DNA from: Octopus bimaculoides
Taxonomy: Eukaryota
NCBI RefSeq assembly: GCF_001194135.2
Contig: NC_068997.1
Location: 56,918,409-56,982,408, forward strand
Reading direction: 5' to 3'
DNA: 64,000 nucleotides
Part shown: positions 1 through 11,094 of the stretch, in pieces
How the letters are laid out: each line of letters opens with the position of its first letter
Numbering within the stretch: position 1 is the stretch's first letter
Program-made: the position numbers and the translations under genes
The notes under the pieces: generated by a model
Told to the model about the DNA's origin: nothing
Databases searched by the model: none
The model's input: only the letters and a program-made list of their open reading frames with translations

Positions 1-232
1 AGATTGAGAGAGGGGGAAGGTGGGTATGGGGGGAGGAAGAGGAAGAGAAAGAGAGGATGAGAAAGAGAGTGAGAGAGAGGGAAGATGGGTATGGGAGGGG
101 AGAGGAGGAGAGAGGGTGGGTATAAGAGAGGGAAGGTGGATTGAGAGAGGGGGAAGGTGGGTATGGGGGAGAAAGAGAGGAAGAGAAAGAGTGAGAGAGA
201 GGGAAGAGGGGTATGGGTGGGAGAAAGAGATA
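1..232 (+). repeat. Purine-rich (G/A) low-complexity tract with an internal ~137-nt duplication
   Basis: Nearly all G/A. GATTGAGAGAGGGGGAAGGTGGGTATGGGGG occurs at ~2 and again at ~139. The 20..331 ORF is a low-complexity read-through. Confidence 0.85.
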
Positions 233-439
233 CACGAGAGTAAGAAATGGAATTCGAGCAGGACCCTTGTCGAGGAGGAGAAGAGCCTTGAGAGGAAGAT
301 AATTCTCCAGAAGGTACGTTTTCACTGCTAGTCCGAAGATAAGTTTCACTCAATCGGTGAAGAATGGCTTGGTGACTCAGGTTTTAAGGCCTTTTTTGTT
401 TTAAAATCCGTAGAAAATTATTTTTGGGTGGTTTTTGGA

Positions 440-535
440 CGCTGGAACGGATTAATTATATTTTAATTAATTTTAATGGGGAAAATTGAGCTCGGTCATG
501 GAACAAATTAAACTCGTTCTGCGAGATTTAGGCAC
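440..535 (+). mobile_element. Possible terminal remnant of a pogo/Tigger-type DNA transposon
   Basis: CTGGAACGGATTAATT...TTTTAATGGGGAAAATT...GGAACAAATTAAACTCGT resembles the subterminal motif of Tigger-like elements (recognised from memory). No matching second end seen. Confidence 0.35.
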
Positions 536-1184
536 AAATAAGAAAATCTGTTACTTCAATACCTTAACTACACATTTCTATGTCGAGTGAAATGTCTAAA
601 CGAGGAAAAATATTTATTTTAGGGAGAATACAATAAAACGAAATAAATTTGGGAAGAGTAGTAAGAACATTTTGGCAATATATTACATAGAAAGTGTATC
701 GGATTTTTGTTATCATTGAATACATTTTGACCTCATGCAACCTTTATACTACACTGAGTTAATTCAAGAGAACAGATTAACTTTTAATCCGTTGTATTAT
801 ACATGTATTCAACAGTTCTACTTTGTATATATAGTACACGTTGCTTTCTTGAAGGCAAAGATTATCTCAGAAATATTGGCTCTATAGTATCAGTGCCAAA
901 TATCTCCAAACTTTCATCTAAACACTAAAACTATTGCCACCAGCTCTATTTATAAATATTCTTAAACTCATTAAATCTGAGAATTTAGACATGCTATAAT
1001 ATAATTCTGTGTGGGGAAACTATATAATTAATTAGTCTACTAATGCAGAGGATTTTAGTCACAAATGTCGGATTTGGGACATTGATCCTAGTCACAAAGG
1101 GTCACAATGCAGTCTCTTGAGAGTGGATAAATGTATTATTTTTCACTTAGAAAATGTATTATATCTTGTTGAGGTCGGTATTGT

Positions 1185-1362
1185 TTTCGTTTCACTCCCA
1201 GTGTTTGATGATTGTACAAACAGGATAAAATGAGAAGCAGACGTATTTAGCGTTTTATGCTGGGCTACACGTTTACAGGGTGCCCTTCTTACCTAAGAAA
1301 ATAGAGTGATTTGAGAGAGATTTCACTGCTACTTCTAACATACCTATCGATCTCTTAGAGAC
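1185..1362 (-). mobile_element. Degenerate SINE-like repeat fragment (GTGATTTGAGAGAGATTT..CTGCTA.TTCTA family)
   Basis: The same motif recurs at ~39465-39505 and ~39775-39805, and in the opposite orientation at ~11400-11450. Confidence 0.5.
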
Positions 1363-1698
1363 GTTACGCTTTGGAAACAAACAAATCAGTGAAGTATGTG
1401 CTGAAAGATAGTTTGGAAAATAAATCCTTTTGAGAATGAACAGTGCCAATGGGTCTACAGCACAAAATATAGCAGACGTATTGATTAATTTTCAATATTG
1501 TTCGAAAACAATAATGGTTATTCCGTCAGAAATTGTATCCTGATAATATATTAAAATATAACAAGAGATGAGAAGGCGTTAGATTAGGCAGTTTTCAGTC
1601 TAATGAATGATCTACATTACGAATTGGTTGAGAACAGGATTGACAAAGCTACAGATGTTTTAGGTTCGTCTTGTTATCTCTGACCTGAAATATATACA

Positions 1699-1711
1699 GA
1701 CGACGACGACG

Positions 1712-1772
<61 letters not shown>
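1699..1772 (+). repeat. Compound (GAC)n-(TAC)n microsatellite
   Basis: Directly visible. Confidence 0.97.
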
Positions 1773-2300
1773 AAGAGTAATCAATATTAGTACCATAGAA
1801 TTGTCGAATAAAAATAGAAATTTTCTTTTCATTCTTCTTATTATTGTTGTTATTGCAAATGTTGTAGTTGTTATTATTATAAATATTATCACTATTTTCC
1901 GATTGAGGGACAGACAGAAGAGAAGAGGGGAGTGTGAATCATCCTGGAATATTCCACGATCTATTTTGATGCTGTTTGAGACATACGAGACTTTTTCGTG
2001 GTTGAGAAACAAGCCCTATCCTGTACTGTAGAAAACCTTTTACAAAAGGAGAGATCTTTTATATAATATTTAAAGAAAGCTCACAGTCACTAACACGGAG
2101 ATTGTTTGGCTCTCATAGCCAAAATAAGCAAAGTGAGAGAGATGGTGCAATTTATGACATCCACATAGGAGTTTATATCTAAGCTAGCTAACTCTACTTC
2201 TTATTCCTTCGTAACACAGTGTAGGTAAAAATGCACCGGAGTCTTAAGTCATTTGTCAAGTCACAACAAGGACCTCAGACTGATAGTAATAATTATTTAT

Positions 2301-2860
2301 TGTCTTTGCACAGCTTGTAATGCTGGAGTTGTACTATGGTGCCTGGTGTTCACTACCAGCGAACTAAGGTAACACCTCTTATTTTTCGAGCGCCATTCAG
2401 AGTATTCGAGTGGTTCCAAGCAGTGCTGTTTTCTGCAAATGCTCCAGACTTATTGCAGCCCCTATTTGTTCCATGTACTTTTCTAGGTTTTTGCTCACTG
2501 TTCCCAGGGCTCATATCTATCGACTTTTCTTTCTTCCTTATCGCGTACATTGTCAGCTGGACATGCTATATCTATGATCCAGTATAGTTTGTTTTCTTTC
2601 TGAATGAAGACTCTTTCTAGTTCCCTATTTTCTATCTCATTGTCACACTGAATCATAAAATACCATAGGATCTTTGCATTATCATTTTCGATGACGCTTT
2701 CGGGTTTATGTTCGAGTCACTTTTTTGCTCTCTCAGGTCTATACTTGTTGCAAAGTGTCCAATGGGGACAATCCTTGCTATATTGTCATGACATCTCTTA
2801 GGTTCTTTCTGGGATAGTGGCGTACAGTGACTGATAATATGCCATACAGTTTCACCCATG
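2301..2860 (-). mobile_element. 3' fragment of an RLE-type (R4/Dong-like) non-LTR retrotransposon, decayed
   Basis: Frameshifted minus-strand translation: GETVWHIISHCTPLSQKEPKRCHDNIARIV / HWTLCNKY..ERAKK*LEHKPESVIENDNAKILWYFMIQCDNEIE.../WIIDIACPADN. This matches the H..C..L...Y..RHD motif and the PD-like restriction-like endonuclease region of R4-clade elements. Confidence 0.85.
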
Positions 2861-2870
2861 GTGAAACGTT

Positions 2871-2902
<32 letters not shown>

Positions 2903-2906
2903 TATT
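2871..2906 (+). repeat. (ATC)n microsatellite abutting the LINE 5' truncation
   Basis: Directly visible. Confidence 0.95.
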
Positions 2907-3689
2907 GAGACAAAATGCTCAGCAGTATTTTCCGGCACTTCACGCTGGGAGCATAAATGCCACCGATTACATGAAGCAGAGAACAATTGGTAACTTTCTA
3001 GATGCCGAAGTTTCAAATTCCTTCAACCACTGAACCACAATTGCAGTTTAACGAAAACTACAGTAATGCAGTTAAAGTGACAAACTGCAGAGTAAGGTAA
3101 CGCATGAACGGTTAACGCTACAAATCTGTCGTCAAGGAAACCCTGAAAAGGGCTTAGTCTGAGAAAAGCGGTAAAGAAATGTCTAACATGTTTTTAATAA
3201 AAAGGGATAATGCATTAAAAAGAGGGGGGTATAGTGAGATAGGGGAAAGAGAGAGAGAGAAAGAAAGACAGAGGAAGGGCGAGAAATAATAATCACAGAA
3301 TGCCACATGTGACTGAGAAATGTGAAAATATTAGATTCTTATGCATATTGCTGATTGAAAAAAAAACTTCATACAAAAATATCAATGGTAGTGGCAGTGG
3401 TGGTTGTGTTGGTGGTGGAGGTAGTGTTGAGGATGATTTCAATGATGATGATGAACGTGGTGTTGATAATATGCTGATGATGATGATGACGATGATGATG
3501 GCCGCATAATTAATGTGAAGAGCTGCTTTCGTACCTTACTATTGTCAGTTTCTAAACTAGCATCGTTTATATCGAATACTAACATTGTGTTGAGAATTCA
3601 GTGTGTGTTTGTATTTGTGCATGTCTATATAGGCATATTTGCGTACTTGTATGTAAGCGCATGCGTGTACATCCCTTTGCATACATAAA

Positions 3690-3697
3690 TAGATGTG

Positions 3698-3739
<42 letters not shown>

Positions 3740-3836
3740 TACAAATAGATAGATAAAAATACTACATATATATGTGTTTGTATGCATATATATGTGTGTG
3801 TGTGTGTGTGTGTATGTTTTTGTGTGGGTGTGTGTG

Positions 3837-3867
<31 letters not shown>

Positions 3868-3935
3868 TTGTGTGTATGTTTTTGTGTGGGTGTGTATATA
3901 TATATATATATATATATAGGTAGATATAGATATGT
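3690..3935. repeat. Compound (TA)n/(TG)n microsatellite with a duplicated ~55-bp unit
   Basis: (TA)n-(TG)n-TATGTTTTTGTGTGGGTGTGT occurs twice in tandem (~3788-3840 and ~3841-3900). Confidence 0.9.
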
Positions 3936-5259
3936 GTATTATATGTGTTGAAGTGGACGAGTGTGTGCGTGTGTGTCCATCTGTTTGTGCCTATGTCATA
4001 TTAGTGTAGGTGTTGTATGTGTATTTCTGTGCTTCGTTCAAGCGTCCATGTGACAGAGGCCACGTATGCCCGTGTATTATGTTACGTATTGTATGTGTGT
4101 GTGTGTAATATACTCTGTGATTCTTTTCATTTCAATTCTCAGTATTTCTCTTGCCAAATCTATCCGTATCAATGAATTCTTTTCAGAATTCTCATTTTGC
4201 TTCATTCCTTCTATTTTTTTTTATTTTTTGTGCGTCTTTCTTTCACTATTTTTCTTTTTTTTTTTCATACGTAGTTTATATTATTTTGGGGTTTTTTCAC
4301 TTCTCCAGAGATTATTTTTATGGCGATGCGATGGACGAGGAAAAAAAACACATAATCGTAGTTTCACTTTCTACTTTCGTGAATTCCATCTTTCATAAAT
4401 TCTATCACTATCTCTACGAACAAGTCTCTCTTTTGCTTTCTCTCTCTCTCCCTCTCCCGCCTTTCTCTATCTCTCACTTTCCCTCTCTTACGCATAACCA
4501 CACATTAACTTCACCAATCACGTGGTGGTTAGCCCCCTTCTAATATTCTTCTTCTGAAATATCACTTTAGTTCTATTATATTAGCAATAATAATAATAGT
4601 AAAATGAAGAAGATGATGATAATGATGATGAGTAGGAGGAAGGCGACGATGACGACGATACCAGCAACAGCAACACTAACAACAACAATAATAAAAAAAA
4701 ATATGCTCTGCCAACATCACTGGCTGTCTTCTAATGACCATCACTTAGAACTTTCAGCAAAACTGCCGTAACTTCCCTCCTTCTTGATCATTACATTTTA
4801 CTCTTTACTTTTCATCGTTTACTTTTACGTTTTTCTGGTGTTGTTTTGGTATTTTCTTATATTCTTTCATCTTCACTATTAACAATTATTACAGGATATC
4901 TTTCAAAACATCACAGACGGCATTTATCATAATCTAATCACAATTTTATAATTCGAATTCGCGAAGAATTCTTCTTATTTCTGATAGAATCTTTGTGTAG
5001 CGGGTTTCTAACGGTAACCTTAGATATCTATATGATTTCAATAAGCGCCTACAAGTTTCTGATCATCTTTCCTCTTTCTAATATGGTCACCTTATGTCAT
5101 AATCAGTGCATAACCTTGAAGGTGGGGCCCAGTTAGAATGTTCTTCAAGATAGGTTGCCCATCCCACTGAAAAAAGTTGCATGAATAAGGGTTGTTAAAG
5201 GATGAAGAAACAAAAAACCCATGTTTCTAGGTGCGAATTATTAAAAGGAAAACAAAGAA

Positions 5260-5390
5260 ACCCCTTCAACACATGAATATGATGCTTCCCCGCTACTTTT
5301 GTTTGATGCACAAAACACCTGCCACTAACAGGACATGCTCAACTGGTTAAGGTCAAGCAGCTGACAAACATGGCTGTGGCATCGCCTATC
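5260..5390 (-). mobile_element. Interspersed SINE-like repeat, with a second copy at ~27568-27670 (+)
   Basis: The reverse complement of ...GGACATGCTCAACTGGTTAAGGTCAAGCAG aligns with GCTTGACCTTAACAGGTTCATCATGTCCCTTAGTGGC at ~27570. Confidence 0.6.
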
Positions 5391-5719
5391 TTTTACAATA
5401 AGACTAAATAACATTTAAATGTTTGCATTTGTAATTAGGTAAGATCGGAAGCTATGAAAGTCACTGCCTGCTATTTCCCAGTAGTAGTAGTAGTAGTAGC
5501 AGCATTGATCATCAATATCATCAGCCGTATATTAGTCGACTCTTTTTCCTTTTCGTTCTCCCTTCAATTACGAAAACCTAATGTAGCACACATTAACATA
5601 CAATGCTATACACAGTACTTACTATTCAGTATTACAGTAATATAAACTGATCGCTTATTGCCTTAATAACGAGCAAGGTAAATAATTTCAATTTACGTAC
5701 ATAAGTCACCTAAATTTTC

Positions 5720-5721
<2 letters not shown>

Positions 5722-5755
<34 letters not shown>
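5722..5755 (+). repeat. (TG)n microsatellite
   Basis: Directly visible. Similar (TG/CA)n runs at ~7805, 20371, 22662, 24401, 44165, 45565, 46673, 52118, 54874 and 55756. Confidence 0.95.
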
Positions 5756-5757
<2 letters not shown>

Positions 5758-6771
5758 TAAATGTGCTTCTTCAACGTTACACAGTATCATCTGAATCGAA
5801 ATTTCTCCCCCTTCTATGGCAGGAAATAGAAATTAAATTGTAAAGCTTTAATGAACTCTAGAAGATTTAGAATAAGCCTACTTATTGATAGTGCACTCTT
5901 CTATGGAGATTTAATCACTTCTTCGTATAAATCAATTTCTTTCCAGCTAATGAATTAATGAGGTCATATTTGTTGCGAAGTTAATAAGGTTTCACTTTAC
6001 TTATCAGATGCTGATGTATTGAAGCATCGCATTTGTACTTTAGATTTGTTACTGAGATGGAAAGAAATAAGATACATTCTAAGAAACTTATGTGCGAAAA
6101 GGAATGGAAGTTAACACGAGGAGAGACAGAGTTTCAACATATCAGGTGGGAGGCTATTTGTGGACGATGTAAAGATACGAAGCCGAGCGTCGGAGCGGCA
6201 TCAGGCAGTCTTTAGACATAAAGTAAATCAGAGACGCCATCTACGTGCTCAACAATGACTGAGATTTTGTTAGCATATTTGATGCAAGGAGCATAGACCA
6301 CACCCTACATAACCTGAGATAAATAAGATATTAATGAATGCTACGTTATTTTTTTCATTCTGATTATGTCTCCGAGAGATATTGTCACTAATTTTGTTTC
6401 GGAAACGTAATTACTTATTTAGCACAAGAAACATAAGCTCGAAATCCTCTCTTCAAGATTAGATACTCACTCGAATAAAGTAATAAAGTGGAATGGATCA
6501 TTTGTGATCCGAATATAGACTTACTTATACCGATATTCTTTGTTAAACGACTGCAAAGCTATTTCTAGCATTGGCACAAGACATGAAATGAGAGGGTCTC
6601 TGTCACTAGAAATCATTCTACCCTACTATTTAATAGGAGACTCCTTTTATCGACACCTCAAATATGAAAGCAAAGTTGATTTCAGTGATATTTGAAATCA
6701 GGGATTAAAGGGCTGGAATATATGACCCCCAAGTATTTTGTGCAACCCTTTAAAATTTCTGTTAACCGCTT

Positions 6772-6971
6772 TTATAATATAGGCACAAGGCCTGAAATTT
6801 GTTGGATGGGATGTAGCCGATTACTTCGACCACAGAACACGACTACTATTTTCTCGATCCCGAAAGCAAGAAAGGCAACGTCCACTTCGGTACAATTTGA
6901 ACTCAGAACGTTAAGCTGAAAGAAATGTTGTTATACATTTTTGTCCAGTGTGCTAACGATTCTGCCACCTG
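6772..6971 (-). mobile_element. tRNA-derived SINE, family A
   Basis: Reverse complement carries an A-box-like TGGCAGAATCGTTAG, B-box GAGTTCAAATT and tail GGCCTTGTGCC, shared with about 10 other copies in the window. Confidence 0.85.
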
Positions 6972-7008
6972 ATTGTTGTAATGATGATGATGATGAAGAT
7001 GGTAATGA

Positions 7009-7187
7009 CTTCAAAATTTGGCACAAGGCCAGTAATTTGGTATAAGGAATGATTCGATTAGATCGACCCCTGGGCTCCACAGGTTCTTATTGCTCGACCA
7101 TGAAAGGATGAAAGGCAACGTCGACTTCGGCAGGAGAACGTAAAGTCGGACGAAATGTCGCTAAAAATAATGCCAGCTCACCGCCTT
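7009..7187 (-). mobile_element. tRNA-derived SINE, family A (internally deleted)
   Basis: GGCACAAGGCCAG...GAAAGGATGAAAGGCAACGTCGACTTCGGC...GCCAGCTCACCGCCTT is the family A consensus on the minus strand. Confidence 0.85.
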
Positions 7188-7239
7188 AACAATAATAATT
7201 ATAAGAAGAAGAAGAATAACAACAATAATGATGATGGTA

Positions 7240-7449
7240 ATGGGACACACATTAAAGAGTGGAGGAGAATGAAATCATCCGTTCTATATGGATGAATTAG
7301 ACTTTGGGGAAGACCGAACGTGAAATAAAGGACCGAGTTAAAACAGTGCAGATATTTAGTAAGGACATAGGAATCGAACTTGGGACAAAAATGCTTATAA
7401 TACAAAAATGCAAAATAGTGTCGTGTGATAGTATAGAACTACCCAACGA
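7240..7449 (+). mobile_element. Internal RT fragment of an R4/Dong-like non-LTR retrotransposon
   Basis: Translates (with frameshifts) to NHPFYMDEL / EREIKDRVKTVQIFSKDIGIELG..MLIIQKCKIVSCDSIELPN, matching NHLLYMDDLKL...VRIFSKDIGMEFG of RLE-type RTs. Confidence 0.75.
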
Positions 7450-7644
7450 CTACTCATTTCAGAGTTCTTCGATTTGAAACCAAAAGAGTTTTACATTGAT
7501 GGGACTAGAAAGCTTGTAAATAGATGGAAGGAAGTCATAGATAATCAGGGAAAGTATACTGATGATTAAATTTCAATTAAATATAACATTTGATCACTTG
7601 TTTTCTTTGTTCAAAATTCAGACAGAACTTATAGGATGACCTGA
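7450..7644 (+). mobile_element. 3' end of a mariner transposon (same family as 60742-61634) with right TIR
   Basis: Encodes KPKEFYIDGTRKLVNRWKEVIDNQGKYTDD*. Ends in AATTCAGACAGAACTTATAGGATGACCTGA, the near reverse complement of 60742-60935. Confidence 0.92.
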
Positions 7645-7803
7645 CATATATATATATAGACACACAAGTGTACGTGTGTATATGTGTACATATATATGTA
7701 TGTGTGTATGCATATATCTATGGGTGTGTTTGCATATATATGCATATATGCGAATAGGTTTAAGTACATAAGGGCGCCTATGTAATAGTGCATATTCACA
7801 CGA

Positions 7804-7838
<35 letters not shown>

Positions 7839-9384
7839 CATGAATGTATATATGTTTACGTTTGTATAATTCACAGCAATTTTCAAGGATTTTTTTTTAC
7901 TCCCCGTTTAAAGCAAAAAGTAGAGTTCTAAGTGTAAGAAAATGTAACGACAGAAGACAGGGAAGACCTAACTACTTCACCTACGTACCACCGAATAATC
8001 TCTCCATATTCATTAGAATTATGAGTTTTAGTAATGTAGGGTGATTGAATTTGCTCATATGTGTGACAGATAAGTTTCGTCTGCAATTCCATTTATTTAT
8101 ACAGACCTTAATGGTTTAAAATTTAATCAGGTTCATTATCCACACGCATCAGTGTAATTTTTCTACTTAACTGCATGCTACTGAACCGACTGTCAAGAAA
8201 TTCTGACTTTTGAGCTAACTTTCACCGACATGCAACACATACCATTTAGATTAAACCTGAACAACAACAGAAGCACGATTCACATTCATAAATTTATATT
8301 GAATCCATGAGATATAAACAACATTGTTACCACCAGCCACACGAATCCAGGAATTCAAAACTGTCAACAGATTTGAACGCTCAGTATATATAACGGAGCT
8401 CTAGAAAAGGCACACAGCACAGAAAATTTGATGGAAATATCAATATTCTTCCATTTCTCCAAACGTGTCACTAGAGGTGTCTCAGAATCACAGAGCTACA
8501 CCTGAGAGGGCATTGGAAATAGACAAGAAATTGGTAAAAACATTTTATGAGGGATTATTGTTAAAGTGTTCCCTCAGCTCCCGAGTAATTTGAAAGCAAA
8601 CAGATTTCTTTGGGTAGAAAAGAACGGTTATTGGGTTGGTCACGTGTCAGGAAAATTCAGAAAATTTAATATAAAATATTAGTTTCATTATCGCCTTACT
8701 GAGAAATACAAAGTGAGAACGNNNNNNNNNNNNNNNNNNNNNNNNNNNNNNNNNNNNNNNNNNNNNNNNNNNNNNNNNNNNNNNNNNNNNNNNNNNNNNN
8801 NNNNNNNNNNNNNNNNNNNNNATACATTTATGTGTATATATATATATACATTTATGTGTATATATATATATTTATGTGTATATATATATATGCATACATG
8901 CGTGTATGTGTATATATATATACATACATGTGTATGTGTATAGCCATTTAACTTTACACAAATTAGTAGTAGAGAAATAATGATAAAATCAATAATTAAT
9001 TTTGGCTCAAAGATTCTTTTTACAATATAATTGATGACGTAGACATATATATTTATTAATGAAATATATTCCAATAATTATTTATTTACCAACTAGAAAT
9101 CTCTTAGAACATCTCCTAGTAACGTTTGCATTACTGTTAGCATTACAATAACCATCATATGTGATGCTGAGTTCGGTGTTGCCGTTGTATAGTAACGCAA
9201 GACCACGTTACTCTTCTATTGATGTATATTTCATCACGTATCTAGATTATTACGCACCAATAGATAATATATTCTTTATCATATATACGTAATACCACAT
9301 ACCACGTGTCTTGGTAATGTATTTTGATATCATTTACTCTCGATACCATCTACATTTGACATCATATGTCTATAAAAGAGAACA

Positions 9385-10825
9385 AGAATATCGTCAAGCT
9401 CTTGACTCCCTGTTGCAAGCATGGAGAGGTCCCACAAGATATGAATGATGCCAACATAGTGACCCTGTATAAGAACAAAGGAGACGAGCGAGATAGCAAC
9501 AACTAGATAGGCATTTCATTGCTGAGTATTACAGGAAAAGTATTTCCCTAAATACTGTTGAAGCGGCTGAAGAATTTAGCGGAGAGAGGTTTTTCAGAAA
9601 GTTAATGCGGCTTCAGATCAAGCGCTTAATAATGGATATATTTTCTCTTTGACTGCTGCTGAAGGTGTCTACCTTTACTGAAGAACTGATAGGGGTCTTT
9701 TGAATATTGCACGCCCCAGAGCAAAACCCAAGTCAAAGTCAACCTTCAACAGAGACTTCCTCTTTGCAGATGGCGCAGCATTTGTTGCTCACAGGGAGTC
9801 GACTCTACTGCCAATGATGGAGCACCTTTCAGAAGACTGTGAAGCATTTTCTCTTGTAATCAGAGGCCAGAAGATTGTGTATTCTGGCACAAAATGACAC
9901 AGCTCGACATTTTCTTATCACACATATTAACATCATATATCTATAAACACTCTCCTATATTTTGATATCAACGTAGCTTTGATGTATTTGTTTCTGTCAT
10001 ATATATGAGAACATTGTAATATTTTCCAATGATATATCCTTGATATCACATAACTGAACATCATGCTGGACAACAAGCCTTTGGAAGTTGTAAAGAATGT
10101 CTGCTATTTCAGATCTATAACGACTTCGACAGCCTCCCAGAACGAAGAAGTATATATCAGGTTGGAAAGTCCCCTACAGCCTTCGATAAACTCAGCAAGA
10201 GAGCATGGAATAACAAAATGCTCACAGTGAAAAACCAAAATTAGGATTTATGAAGCATGCATACTGAGCACCCTCCTCTATGGGTCACAGGACAAGCGAA
10301 GTAGCTCAATGTCTGTCATCTGAGACGCTTGCGCAAGATCCTTGGCATCACCTTCCAAGACAAAGTAACCAACATAGAAATCTTGAAACAGGCAGCACTT
10401 TCGAGCATGACAACAATTCTGTGCAAAATATGGCTTGGAAATTTGAAACGGGTGGATAACGACAGTCGAGTGCAGTTGTTATATGCGAGTTGGCTCATGG
10501 TCGTAGACACAGAGGACGACAAAATCTGAGATTCATGAATACATGTAAGAGTCGGCTGACCAAGTATCACATCGATGTAAAGACTTGGGAAATGTTAGAT
10601 GAAGACAAAACAGCGGCAAAGGCCTCCGATGCAAAACGCCTAAGAGAGAAGGAGAACACACCGCAATCCTGCAGCAGCTTCTCTGCTTGCAGATTTTACG
10701 GCAGAACTTGTTCATTTAACGTAGGAAGGATCGACCATGAGAAGTTGTAAGAAAATGACTACGGGAACCTAATTAAGACATTGTCAACTGATTTGACCGT
10801 CTGTCAAGACGGTAAGGGCTATACA
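9385..10825 (+). mobile_element. Decayed RTE-clade (BovB-like) LINE, RT and C-terminal region, internally deleted and interrupted
   Basis: GEVPQDMNDANIVTLYKNKGDERDSNN*IGISLLSITGKVF; NIARPRAKPK...RDFLFADGAAFVAH (YADD equivalent); KTKIRIYEACILSTLLYGS; CHLRRLRKILGITFQDKVTNIEIL; C-terminal C..YGRTC..NVGRIDH. Multiple stops and frameshifts. Confidence 0.93.
9907..10061 (+). repeat. 155-bp direct repeat, copy 1 (inside the RTE)
   Basis: ACATTTTCTTATCACACATATTAACATC...GATATCACATAACTGAACAT matches 10941-11094 with only about 8 differences by eye. Confidence 0.95.
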
Positions 10826-10940
10826 AACCTGTAAAAATCATGACATTTTTATATTACATATGTTTAATATCATATATAATTGGACAATATTCTGTATTCT
10901 GATGTCTCTTGTTTTATATATCACCTGTAAATATTGTAGT

Positions 10941-11094
10941 ACATTTTCTTATCACACATATTAACATCATATATCTATGAACACTCTCCTATATTTTGAT
11001 ATCAACGTAGCTTTGATGTATTTGTTTCTGTCATATATATGAGAATATTGTAATATTTCCAATCATATATCACTGATATCACATAATTGAACAT
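10941..11094 (+). repeat. 155-bp direct repeat, copy 2 (in the AT-rich flank downstream of the RTE)
   Basis: Aligned by eye to 9907-10061. Confidence 0.95.

Noticed and set aside
20-331. 103-aa Arg/Glu/Gly-rich ORF
   Set aside because: Read-through of the G/A low-complexity repeat; no domain.
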